Part shown: positions 9,970 to 21,018 of the stretch, piece by piece
Numbering within the stretch: the stretch's first letter is position 1
Layout: every line of letters begins with the position of its first letter
Assembly (NCBI GenBank): GCA_965213705.1
Contig: OZ243913.1
Coordinates: 2,848,001 to 2,912,000, forward strand
DNA length: 64,000 nt
Direction of reading: 5' to 3'
Source of the DNA: Trueperaceae bacterium
GTDB taxonomy: Bacteria; Deinococcota; Deinococci; Deinococcales; Trueperaceae
Program-made: the position numbers and the translations under genes
The notes under the pieces: model-generated
Told to the model about the DNA's origin: nothing
Databases searched by the model: none
The model's input: only the letters and a program-made list of their open reading frames with translations

Positions 9970-10424
9970 CCGCACTTGCCAACCGCCCGTCACGCCGGAC
10001 GCTGGTCGTTGTCTACTACGCCCTCTTTCTTTTCTACCCTTTTTTCGACGCAGTGCTCGGGTTTGCAGCTTTCGTACTCTTTTTATTCGTTTCGCCGTTC
10101 GTCCTCAAGCTCAGCAGTTTGGTGAGGGCTTACTACAACGACGACCCCGACGAGCGAGAAGTAGGGCTCATCAACCAGGCGCACCGCCTCGCTTACGGCG
10201 TCCTCGTCCCGACGGTTGTGGTCGTGATGCTCGTCAACCGCTACGGGGGTGAACCGGGTCCGGGGCTGCAAGCGCTGAGCCCCTACCTCGTTTTCGACCA
10301 CCTGCTGACGCTGCTCCCGTTCACAATCCTCGCCCTGACGCTGCCCGCCGCCGTGATGCTGTGGCTCGAGCCCGGCCCCGTTGAAGAAGATGCCTCTTCA
10401 GAACACACAAGGAGACTCACCTGA
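9966..10424 (+). CDS. Multi-pass membrane protein, paralog 3
   Basis: GTG 9966 overlaps upstream stop (GTGA), RBS GGGAGG; PDEREV; LWLEPGP. Confidence 0.8.
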   Translation: MTALANRPSRRTLVVVYYALFLFYPFFDAVLGFAAFVLFLFVSPFVLKLSSLVRAYYNDDPDEREVGLINQAHRLAYGVLVPTVVVVMLVNRYGGEPGPGLQALSPYLVFDHLLTLLPFTILALTLPAAVMLWLEPGPVEEDASSEHTRRLT

Positions 10425-10903
10425 TGACTCGGTTCAACGCACCCTTAAAGCAGAGCACTCGGCGCTTACTGAGTATTGTCGCAACTGTCATTTTTCTAAC
10501 GAGCTTCGTTGCGGCCTTTTTTGGAGAGACGTTTGTTATTCCGAGCCTTCTCTTGCTTGTGCCCTATCTTTTAATCGTCGTTCGGCTCAACAAATCGACT
10601 TCGAACGTAGTCAGTGTGAGGAACAATAATCTGGACGAACGCCAAAAAGAACTGCGCGGTGAGGCGTACCGTATGACTTACGCTGTGTTCGTTTGGTACG
10701 CCTTTTTTATGGTCGTAGTGAGTGGTCTCGGGCTGGGCCGCGTCACTCTGACCTATGGTGCAGGTGAGACACCTATCGTACATCTCCTTTTGTTGATAAA
10801 CATGTTTTTTATAACTACTCTGCCAATTTTTTACGTTGCCTGGCTCGAGCCCGACCCGCTCCCCGACGACGAGCCGTCTTTACAGCCAAACGCGGCCGCG
10901 TAA
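10424..10903 (+). CDS. Multi-pass membrane protein, paralog 4
   Basis: TGATG overlap; LDERQK; AWLEPDP. Confidence 0.8.
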   Translation: MTRFNAPLKQSTRRLLSIVATVIFLTSFVAAFFGETFVIPSLLLLVPYLLIVVRLNKSTSNVVSVRNNNLDERQKELRGEAYRMTYAVFVWYAFFMVVVSGLGLGRVTLTYGAGETPIVHLLLLINMFFITTLPIFYVAWLEPDPLPDDEPSLQPNAAA

Positions 10904-10977
10904 TTCGACCAAAGGTAAGAAGACACGCCCTACAGTTGCGAACTATCCTAGTGCCTAGACTTGCTCGAGGAGGAGAC

Positions 10978-12720
10978 ATGGTTACACGCTTTGTACTGCT
11001 GACGGCACTTTCGCTCGGCGCGGCGTTCGCGCAAGACGCGTTCAACGGCGACTGGGAAGGCGTCGTCGGGCCGGACAGTTTGAACTTGAGCGTCATCGTC
11101 CATTTCGAGGCGGGTCAGGACGGCCTGACGGGCACCGCCGACATCCCCGCACAAAGCGCTCGAGGTTTGCCTCTGGAGATCTTAGAAACTACGGACGACG
11201 CGGTCGTGTTCACCATCGCCGAGACGCCTGGAGAGCCGACCTTCGAAGGCGAGTTGACCGACGACGACCTCATCACGGGCACGTTTACCCAAGGCGGACA
11301 GAGTTTGCCGTTTCGGCTCGAGCGTCGCGTGGACGTGCCGGAGGCCCCGCCTGTGGTCGAAGCGTTCTTGGGCTCGTGGCAGGGCGTCATCGGCCCGGAC
11401 TCGCTAGACCTGATGGTCGGCGTGACGTTTGAAGAGGTGGACGGTGCTTTTGTCGGGCGCATCACTATCCCCACACAAAGTTTCGAAGGGCTGTTGGGCG
11501 TGCGGGCGGCGACCGAGCAAACGATTAACTTCGTCATCGAGGGTGTGCCCGGCAACCCGACCTTCGAGGCGACGCTGGCCGAAGACCAGTTGCAAGGAAC
11601 GTTCACCCAGAGTGGGGCGTCCTACCCGTTTAGCCTGACGCGCAGCGACGCGCCCTTGGCCGTGTCCATCAGCCGTCCGCAAGACCCGCAGCCGCCGTTC
11701 CCGTACCGTGAAGAGGAGGTGACGTATTCAAACGGCGACGTTACCCTCGCGGGGACGCTTACTCTGCCCGAGGGTGACGGGCCGTTTCCGGCCATGCTGA
11801 TGATTACCGGCAGCGGCGCGCAAAACCGCGACGAGGAACTCGCCGGGCACCGGCCTTTTCTGGTCATCGCCGACGCGGTCACCCGCGCGGGCGTGGCGGT
11901 GCTGCGCGTGGACGACCGCGGCGTGGGCGGCTCGAGCGGCGACTTGTCGCAGGCGACCTACGACGACTTGGTAGGCGACGTCGAAGCGGGCGTGGCCTTT
12001 CTGAAAGCGCGCCCTGAGGTCGACGCGAACCGCGTCGGGCTGTTCGGCCACAGCGAGGGCGGTTACTTAGCGCCGCTCGCCGCCACGCGGGCGGACGTTG
12101 CCTTTGTGATCATGATGGCCGGGCCGAGCGTGGACGGGGAACGGGTGCTCGAGCTGCAAAACCGCCTTCTTCTCGAACTCGCGGACGCGCCCCAGACGGA
12201 CGTCGAGGCGCAGGTCCGCTTTCTGCGCACGTTGAAAGAGGTGCTCGAGCGCTCCATCTACGACGAATCCGCCTACGACGAAGCGGCCGCCCTGGTCGAG
12301 ACCCGCGTGGCCGAGCAGTTCGCGAGCCTGCCCGAAGACGAGCGCCCCGACGAGGCCACCCAAGCGCAGGCCGTCATCGCGCAACAAGAGAACATCGTCA
12401 GTCCTTACTTCCGCAGTTTTTTTCTGTACGACCCCCAGCCCGCGCTGCGGCAACTTGACAAGCCGGTGCTGGCCTTTTACGGCAACCTGGACGTGCAGGT
12501 GCCGCCCGTGCAAAGCGTGGGGCCGCTCCGCGCCGCGCTGCGCTCGGCGGGCAACGACGACGTGACGATTCAGGTCTTCGACGGTCTCAACCACCTCATG
12601 CAGCCGGCCGTTCGAGGCGGCCTCGAAGAGTACAGCCAAATCGAAACGACCGTCGCGCCCGAGGTGCTGAGCCTTATCACCGAGTGGCTGACGGAGCGGG
12701 TCGTCTCCAACGCGCCTTAA
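10978..12720 (+). CDS. Secreted alpha/beta hydrolase (peptidase S9/S15-like) with duplicated N-terminal beta domain
   Basis: Signal peptide ending AFA; two W[EQ]GVxGPDSL...GTFTQ repeats; GSGAQNRD, GHSEGG nucleophile, D-x-QV, NHL; GGAGG RBS before ATG 10978. Confidence 0.88.
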   Translation: MVTRFVLLTALSLGAAFAQDAFNGDWEGVVGPDSLNLSVIVHFEAGQDGLTGTADIPAQSARGLPLEILETTDDAVVFTIAETPGEPTFEGELTDDDLITGTFTQGGQSLPFRLERRVDVPEAPPVVEAFLGSWQGVIGPDSLDLMVGVTFEEVDGAFVGRITIPTQSFEGLLGVRAATEQTINFVIEGVPGNPTFEATLAEDQLQGTFTQSGASYPFSLTRSDAPLAVSISRPQDPQPPFPYREEEVTYSNGDVTLAGTLTLPEGDGPFPAMLMITGSGAQNRDEELAGHRPFLVIADAVTRAGVAVLRVDDRGVGGSSGDLSQATYDDLVGDVEAGVAFLKARPEVDANRVGLFGHSEGGYLAPLAATRADVAFVIMMAGPSVDGERVLELQNRLLLELADAPQTDVEAQVRFLRTLKEVLERSIYDESAYDEAAALVETRVAEQFASLPEDERPDEATQAQAVIAQQENIVSPYFRSFFLYDPQPALRQLDKPVLAFYGNLDVQVPPVQSVGPLRAALRSAGNDDVTIQVFDGLNHLMQPAVRGGLEEYSQIETTVAPEVLSLITEWLTERVVSNAP

Positions 12721-12757
12721 GTCTGGGACGTGAATTGGACGGCTTCACGTCCCACGG

Positions 12758-15277
<2,520 letters not shown>

Positions 15278-15339
15278 AGTTCCTCCAGTATAGCGTTTGT
15301 CGCTTGCGCGTTCTTACACGAACGAAAATGCCGAGGCAC

Positions 15340-15368
15340 AAAAAAACCCTAACCGTTCCGGGTTAGGG
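15340..15368 (-). terminator. Attenuator terminator in leuS leader
   Basis: Minus strand CCCTAACC-CGGAAC-GGTTAGGG followed by T7. Confidence 0.8.
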
Positions 15369-15391
15369 CCACAGGGCAATAGTAACGACGC

Positions 15392-15451
15392 TCAGGTCAA
15401 AACGTGCCTCGGCCCGCGTAGTCGTAGGAGGTGGGTGGAGGTGTGAGTCAT
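15392..15451 (-). CDS. Putative leuS leader peptide MTHTSTHLLRLRGPRHVLT (19 aa)
   Basis: ATG ACT CAC ACC TCC ACC CAC CTC CTA CGA CTA CGC GGG CCG AGG CAC GTT TTG ACC TGA; Leu codons CTC, CTA, CTA just upstream of the terminator. Confidence 0.65.
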   Translation of the reverse strand: MTHTSTHLLRLRGPRHVLT

Positions 15452-15493
15452 GTTGGATGTATGGTAGAGGTTTTACGGACTTGTGTCAATGAT

Positions 15494-16597
15494 TTACTCA
15501 GCCTCTTCGGCATATTCGTCCAAAACACTATCCGAAAGGTGTGAGAGATGTTTTTCTTGCGCCAACTCCTGTACACTTTCGTAGGAGAGATAGGTACATT
15601 TTTCTGACAAAGGCCCTCTCTCCAGAAGTGTAAAAACCGGACGGCGCAACTCCTGAAATACTTTTTCGCGTCTTGCGGAGGGGGCAACGATATTGAGCTT
15701 TATGTCCATGTTGGGTTGAAGAGCAAGCAAATCAGCCATGCGAAGGATGCCGGAATAAATAGAAGTTGTGTGCTCTACCTCAAAAGCTCTAACGATTGCG
15801 CGCCCACGGAGCCATAAAACGTCAATCTGCTCTATTGTTTTTAGTGTAGTATCGTCGTAGTTGAGGGGTAGGTAGTCAATTACGGGTTGGTTGTCTCCCT
15901 GCCACTCCTTTAAGACAGACGCTCTATCGTTTCTTGGAAGCCATATTTTCATGCCCATGTCGGCACCGATTTTTGCAATAAGAGCTTGTACCTTTGTAGA
16001 TTCCCGAACTTCATCACGCGGTTTTGTTGATGGGTGACTTACCTCATCATCTTCTTCTGGAATGGAGACGGTAACTACTTTATCGGCTGCTCGAACTTTA
16101 TGCGTCGTTAGTTTGGCATACTCCTTTGCGTCTAGCGGGTATTTATATCCATTTTTGGCTTGGGCAATTATCATTTTTTCGAGAAATTTTCCGTCTACGT
16201 TGTCAATACGATTCAAACTGCTTCTAAGCTTTCCTGTCCAGCTAGACGTATTTTTTTCGTGCTCCTTAGTAAACGAAAGGGTGCTCCACACTGAATCTTC
16301 ATGAATTGGTATTGACTTTTCCTTCTCGAGCCAAGCTAAAGGTTCAACATTGAAGCGAACCACAAAAGGGTCATCCTCTTCATAAAATATCGGAGCACTA
16401 TCTACAAAGGGAGAGCTTTGAACTTCCAGAAGCCCTACCCAGCGCGACAGCTTAGTCATATAACAAATCAACCTGTCACCAGGTTTTACTCGTTCTGCAG
16501 AAGCTTCTTGTGTCTTTCGAAATCCCGAGATACTACGGTCCGAGCTGGAAAAAGCTTGATACGTTTCTGGAGAAAATAAGTTTAGATAGTAGGCCAT
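15494..16597 (-). CDS. EVE-domain protein with C-terminal restriction-endonuclease-like domain
   Basis: N-terminal EVE/PUA-like (YYLNLFSPETY...VKPGDRLICYMT); C-terminal IDVLW...AFEVEHTTSIYSGILRMADL (PD-(D/E)xK-like); AT-rich. Confidence 0.75.
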   Translation of the reverse strand: MAYYLNLFSPETYQAFSSSDRSISGFRKTQEASAERVKPGDRLICYMTKLSRWVGLLEVQSSPFVDSAPIFYEEDDPFVVRFNVEPLAWLEKEKSIPIHEDSVWSTLSFTKEHEKNTSSWTGKLRSSLNRIDNVDGKFLEKMIIAQAKNGYKYPLDAKEYAKLTTHKVRAADKVVTVSIPEEDDEVSHPSTKPRDEVRESTKVQALIAKIGADMGMKIWLPRNDRASVLKEWQGDNQPVIDYLPLNYDDTTLKTIEQIDVLWLRGRAIVRAFEVEHTTSIYSGILRMADLLALQPNMDIKLNIVAPSARREKVFQELRRPVFTLLERGPLSEKCTYLSYESVQELAQEKHLSHLSDSVLDEYAEEAE

Positions 16598-16708
16598 TTG
16601 GTGAGACTCATTTTAACCTGCCTCGCATACAAGATGCTCAAGAGCCCCCTCACCTTCCAGCTCTCGCGCCTCAAAACCCACCCTACCCGTGCTAAACTGT
16701 ATTCAACA

Positions 16709-16966
16709 ATGACCAAACAGCAAACCATCGAACGCATCACCGACTACCTACCTCACCTTGACGAGGACGTTTTGCAAAGTGTCCTGACGCTGCTCGAACG
16801 GGTGCAGCCCCACCTCGACGCGTGGGACCGTCAGATGCTGGCGGACGCCGAGGCGGGACGGCTCGACGGTCTTATTGACCAGGCTTTGACGAATCACCAG
16901 GCTGGGGACTCGAATGACTTGTTTGAAGGGCTTAAATCAAGGTCGGAAGCTGAACCTGCCAGTTAA
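16709..16966 (+). CDS. Small putative antitoxin-like protein (orphan)
   Basis: WDRQMLADAEAGRLDGLIDQA resembles a motif of small putative type II antitoxins; no toxin gene downstream. Confidence 0.5.
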   Translation: MTKQQTIERITDYLPHLDEDVLQSVLTLLERVQPHLDAWDRQMLADAEAGRLDGLIDQALTNHQAGDSNDLFEGLKSRSEAEPAS

Positions 16967-17014
16967 CCCTGGAAGCACTCCAAAAACCCCTCCTTTTTTT
17001 GTCTCGAAATGAGC

Positions 17015-17188
17015 CTAAGCCCCCACCTCAGGCACATACTCGTCTTCATATTTTTCAATGAGTACGCCTACCACTTCCATTAGTGACGCTAGAGGGTGCA
17101 TTTCGTCCTCACCAACCTCGTCAATAAGCTGGTCAAGCAGTTCGACAAGCTCGTCGTATTCCACCTCGGCCTCTCGAAGGGATGTCAT
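17015..17188 (-). pseudogene. HigA-type antitoxin N-terminal fragment lacking its HTH (57 aa)
   Basis: My translation (below ORF-track cut-off): MTSLREAEVEYDELVELLDQLIDEVGEDEMHPLASLMEVVGVLIEKYEDEYVPEVGA*. Confidence 0.6.
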
Positions 17189-17475
17189 TGTTTCATCACC
17201 AATGTGAGTCTAGCAAAGCTCGAGCCCTCACCTTCTCCTGCCCTCGAGCCCGTCTCCCCCGTCCAAAAGCTTACTCGTCCTCACACTTTTTTTGATTAGC
17301 TGGTCTGGTAACTTGGCCCTCTTGTCGGATTGAACACCGCAAGAAAAGCCCAACGGGGGCGGCTCGAGACCAGCAAACCTCGAGCCGCCTTTTGAAGTCG
17401 GTATACCTGTTTTGGCTTCTTTTCCCTGGCTCGAGCTTTTCTACTCGAAGCAGGGGCAAGCCCCACGTTTGCGGC

Positions 17476-17745
17476 TTAGCCCAAAATTCCGAAAGACGGT
17501 GCTGTTTTGATGTAGAGTTTGTCGTCCTCTTCGACGACGACGTAACCTGCGTCGATGAGTTCTCGAGCCGCCACCTTGACGGCTTCTTCACTCTCGGAGG
17601 CGTGACGGGCCAAACCTTCAAAAGTACAACCGTTACCTAAATAACCAATGGTGACGAAAACCCCCTTGGCCGACATTGACAAGTTTGCGTCGTCCAGAAC
17701 GATGTCGCTAAAGCGTGTGTTTGCCATTATCTGTGCCATCCTCAC
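17476..17745 (-). CDS. Small winged-helix/HTH protein (resembles N-terminus of phage/plasmid replication proteins); start uncertain, possibly 17727
   Basis: DDANLSMSAKGVF...LARHASESEEAVKVAARELIDAGYV. Confidence 0.55.
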   Translation of the reverse strand: MRMAQIMANTRFSDIVLDDANLSMSAKGVFVTIGYLGNGCTFEGLARHASESEEAVKVAARELIDAGYVVVEEDDKLYIKTAPSFGILG

Positions 17746-17814
17746 CCACTTCTGACGAATTTAAGGTTACCCCGTAATCTGGCCCTCGAAAGTAATAATT
17801 CTCAAATTTGGGGG

Positions 17815-18000
17815 TCAATTTCGGGGGGTCAGCAAGAAAGCGGCCACCAGCATCACGGCGATGCCGACAAGCGTAACCAAAAACCCGTTCAGAAACAGCC
17901 GTGGCGAGCGGTCGCGCACACCGGGAAACGAGCCGACTATCATGACGACGATACCGACCAGAAAAAGGAGTGAGGTTACGAAGGGGGCGGCTTCCAACAT
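17815..18000 (-). CDS. Small two-helix membrane protein
   Basis: 61 aa, two hydrophobic segments. Confidence 0.55.
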   Translation of the reverse strand: MLEAAPFVTSLLFLVGIVVMIVGSFPGVRDRSPRLFLNGFLVTLVGIAVMLVAAFLLTPRN

Positions 18001-18383
18001 GTGAGGGTTTCAAAGATACCACTTAGAATTTTCGGCATTGTAAGCAACACCCTTCAGAAGGTGCGGGAGCGCGTCCGAACGACAAGCAAATTCCGGTTGG
18101 AGCCGCCGGACACGTGTGGGCGGGTCAAAAACGAAGCGAGGCGCGGCGAGTAGCAGCTTGGGGTGGGGCGCAGCAGCTAAAAGGAGCGAGTAAAACATCG
18201 TATAGTGTCTCCTTTTTGAGCCTGCTAGGCTTTGGAAACTAGAGGTGAGGCCTTTGGTGGACTTAAAATTAGGCGGAGACACGTGGGTTTTAGTGAGTGG
18301 GGCGGTTACACCCGCAACGACACCAGCGACGGCGTACGGGGCGGCGTGAGCGCGGCCCAAGTTCTGACCGGGGAGTGCGGTAG

Positions 18384-18953
18384 GTGAAACTCTACCTCAT
18401 ACGTCACGGCGAAACCGACTGGCAACTCGTGTCAAAGCGCGGGGTGACGGGTATGGCTGCGTCGTTAGCGCCCTTGACACCCGTGGGGCGCTTGCAAATA
18501 GACACCATCGCGGCGGACTACCGGTTACAAGAGGCCGAAGCTATCTTGTGCAGCAGCTACTCCAGGGCTTTGGAGTCCGCGGCGCTGTTGAGCCGCAAAC
18601 TCAACCAACCTCTTTACGTCGAATACGACCTGCACGAGTGGTTGCCCCAGCGTGACCCCCACGCCGAATTCAGTGCGGAACTGATGCAGCAGGCCAGCGC
18701 CGGGCTCGAGCGCGAACTGCTCGACGCCGACAGTGCCGAGGCAACGGTCTGGGAAAGTTTGGCCGAAGTGCGCACACGGGTACTGAACGTGTTGAAACGC
18801 TACCGGCAGTTCGAAACGCTCGTCGTGGTGACGCACGCGGTCGTCATCAGCAGCTTGGTAGGCGCAAAACGCTCGGTCGACCACGCCGAAATCGTCGCGC
18901 TCGAGCTGGACCCGGACGCGCCTACCCAACCGCAGGCGCTGAGCGAAGCTTAA
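18384..18953 (+). CDS. Histidine phosphatase (phosphoglycerate mutase family)
   Basis: LYLIRHGET, SSYSRALESA, VVTHAVVI. Confidence 0.9.
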   Translation: MKLYLIRHGETDWQLVSKRGVTGMAASLAPLTPVGRLQIDTIAADYRLQEAEAILCSSYSRALESAALLSRKLNQPLYVEYDLHEWLPQRDPHAEFSAELMQQASAGLERELLDADSAEATVWESLAEVRTRVLNVLKRYRQFETLVVVTHAVVISSLVGAKRSVDHAEIVALELDPDAPTQPQALSEA

Positions 18954-19043
18954 ACAGTGCCGGGAGCGGCGAGTGACGTAAAAAGCGCGCCAACCGCCGG
19001 TGCGTCCCTTGCGCACCGGAACCCCAATCGTTTAGCTTGAGCT

Positions 19044-19913
19044 ATGGACACCAAACGCACCGACCCTTTTGCCAAACCCGTCGACATAGACACGAGCGGC
19101 CCGAACCGGGCGAGCGACACCAACCTCATCTACGCCAACCCTGAAAAGTGGAAAGTCGCGGCGGACATTCTGGAGCGCTACACGGGCACCGCGCCGGAGG
19201 CGTTTCAGAAACAAGTCATCTTGACCAACTTCGCTTACTACACCGAGCGCTTCGGCGTTTTGTGCGACGACGCCGAAATGACGCACGGCTCGGCCATGAC
19301 CGCGGCGCACAGCAAAAAGATGGGCGTGTCGATTATCGACTTTTCCATCGGTTCGCCGGTCGCCGCCCTCATCATAGAAATTTTGGCGACGGCCGACCCC
19401 AAAGCCGTGCTGTTTTTGGGCATCTGCGGCGGGTTGCACCGCTCGCTCAAAGTAGGCGACTTTATTATCCCCAGCGCGGCGATTCGCGACGAGGGCGCTT
19501 CGCGTCACTTTATGCCGCCGCAAGTCCCGGCGCTGCCGACGTTCAAAATTCAAAAGTTTGTTTCGCAGATGATTGTCGAGGAGGGTCACGACTACCGCAC
19601 CGGCGTCGTCCACACCACCGACTACCGTTTTTGGGAGTTCGACGAGACGTTTAAGCGACAGCTTTACGAGGAGCGCGCGCTCGCCATAGAGATGGAGACG
19701 GCGACACTCTTCACCGTCGGTTTTGCCAGCAAGGTGCCCGTCGGGGCGATACTGTTGGTGTCGGACTTGCCGCTCCGCAAAGGCGGCATCAAAACAAAAG
19801 AGTCCGCGCGCAGCGTGTTTCGCGAATTTACCGACGTTCACATCGCCATCGGCATCAAAGCGATGAGCGAAATCGCCCTGCGGGGCGAGCATATTCGGCA
19901 CTACCGTTGGTAG
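19044..19913 (+). CDS. amn: AMP nucleosidase
   Basis: LERYTG, ILTNF, FLGICGGL, AIRDEGAS, DYRFWE, AIEMETAT, LVSDLP. Confidence 0.88.
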   Translation: MDTKRTDPFAKPVDIDTSGPNRASDTNLIYANPEKWKVAADILERYTGTAPEAFQKQVILTNFAYYTERFGVLCDDAEMTHGSAMTAAHSKKMGVSIIDFSIGSPVAALIIEILATADPKAVLFLGICGGLHRSLKVGDFIIPSAAIRDEGASRHFMPPQVPALPTFKIQKFVSQMIVEEGHDYRTGVVHTTDYRFWEFDETFKRQLYEERALAIEMETATLFTVGFASKVPVGAILLVSDLPLRKGGIKTKESARSVFREFTDVHIAIGIKAMSEIALRGEHIRHYRW

Positions 19914-19952
19914 AGAGGCTGAGCTGTTCTCAGGTTCCCTTGCTCGTCTCGT

Positions 19953-19980
19953 GTGGGGCGGGTTCGAAACCCGCCCCTAC
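19953..19980. repeat. REP-like hairpin between convergent genes
   Basis: gtggggcgggttcgaaacccgcccctac; near-identical copy at 40004-40028. Confidence 0.65.
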
Positions 19981-20074
19981 GGTGTGCCGAAAAATGTGCT
20001 CGGGACGGTCGTTCGCTTGGTTTGGGCGGGGGCCTGAAGAGCCAAAGCCGAAACCCATTCCGGCTTCGAGGCTC

Positions 20075-20920
20075 TTACTTTTTGCGTTGGCGCTCGAGGG
20101 CGTCCCACTGCTCACTCGTCACCTCGTCCAAGATATTGAACTCGCCGCCGTTCCAGGCGGTCTCGCCGCCGTCGATGATGACCACGTCGCCGGTGATGAA
20201 AGCCGCTCCGTCGGACAGAAGATAGCTCGCTAAGTTGGCAAGCTCGAGATGGTCGCCCACCCGCCCCAACGGAATGCGCTTTTCGAACAGTTCTTGAATC
20301 TCGGGCGTGGGCATGAGTCGGCTCCAGGCGCCCTCGGTCGGGAAAGGGCCGGGGGCAACCGCGTTCAGCCGGATGCCGTACTTGCCCCACTCGGCGGCGA
20401 GCGACTTTGTCAGCGCGACCACGCCCGCCTTGGCGACTGCCGAGGGCACCACGTAGCCCGAGCCGGACAGCGCGTAAGTGGTAGCGATGTTGAGCACCGC
20501 GCCGGGCTGCCCCTTCGCAATCCAACGTTTGCCCAGTTCCAAAGTACAGTAAAAAGTGCCGTGCAAGACAATTCCCAAAACGCTGTCGACCGCGCGGTGC
20601 GACAAGCGCTCGGTCGGCGAGATAAAGTTGCCCGCGGCGTTGTTGACCAGCAGGTCGATACGCCCAAAGTGGCTTTCGACCGCGTCCAGCATGGCCGTAA
20701 CCCGTTCGGGGTCGCGCACGTCGACGTCGGTCGCAAAAACCTCGCCGCCCGTTTCTGCGGCGAGCTTGTCCGCCTCTTCGCGCAACATCTCAAGCCTGCG
20801 GCTGGTGATGGCGGCCTTGGCCCCCAACTCCAAAAAGCGCTTCGTCATCGAACGACCCAAACCGGAACCGCCGCCCGTGACGAGCACGACCTTGTCTTGC
20901 AGCAAATCCTCCTGAAACAT
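20075..20920 (-). CDS. SDR oxidoreductase, 2,4-dienoyl-CoA reductase-like
   Basis: TGGGSGLG, NNAAGNF, SAVAKAGV, APGPFPT; likely start MFQEDLL at 20920. Confidence 0.85.
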   Translation of the reverse strand: MFQEDLLQDKVVLVTGGGSGLGRSMTKRFLELGAKAAITSRRLEMLREEADKLAAETGGEVFATDVDVRDPERVTAMLDAVESHFGRIDLLVNNAAGNFISPTERLSHRAVDSVLGIVLHGTFYCTLELGKRWIAKGQPGAVLNIATTYALSGSGYVVPSAVAKAGVVALTKSLAAEWGKYGIRLNAVAPGPFPTEGAWSRLMPTPEIQELFEKRIPLGRVGDHLELANLASYLLSDGAAFITGDVVIIDGGETAWNGGEFNILDEVTSEQWDALERQRKK

Positions 20921-21018
20921 GTCGGCCTCCGCCCGGCATCGTACCGCAGTCCGCGCACCCGGCCGCGTGTAGGAAATCGTTTGGCAAACCGCGCAGGCAG
21001 CTGACATAATGCCCTCTT

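Noticed and set aside
15278..15493. T-box riboswitch upstream of leuS
   Set aside because: No GGTGGTACCGCG-like T-box sequence on the minus strand and too little room for stem I; a leader-peptide attenuator fits better
18010..18383. ORFs or ncRNA in the intergenic region before the histidine phosphatase
   Set aside because: No recognisable motif, RBS or RNA family features; probably promoter DNA
19032..19901. Long antisense and alternative-frame ORFs (here and over pnp, rnj, leuS, ppc and the ABC genes)
   Set aside because: Shadow ORFs expected from GC-rich codon bias; they overlap well-supported genes
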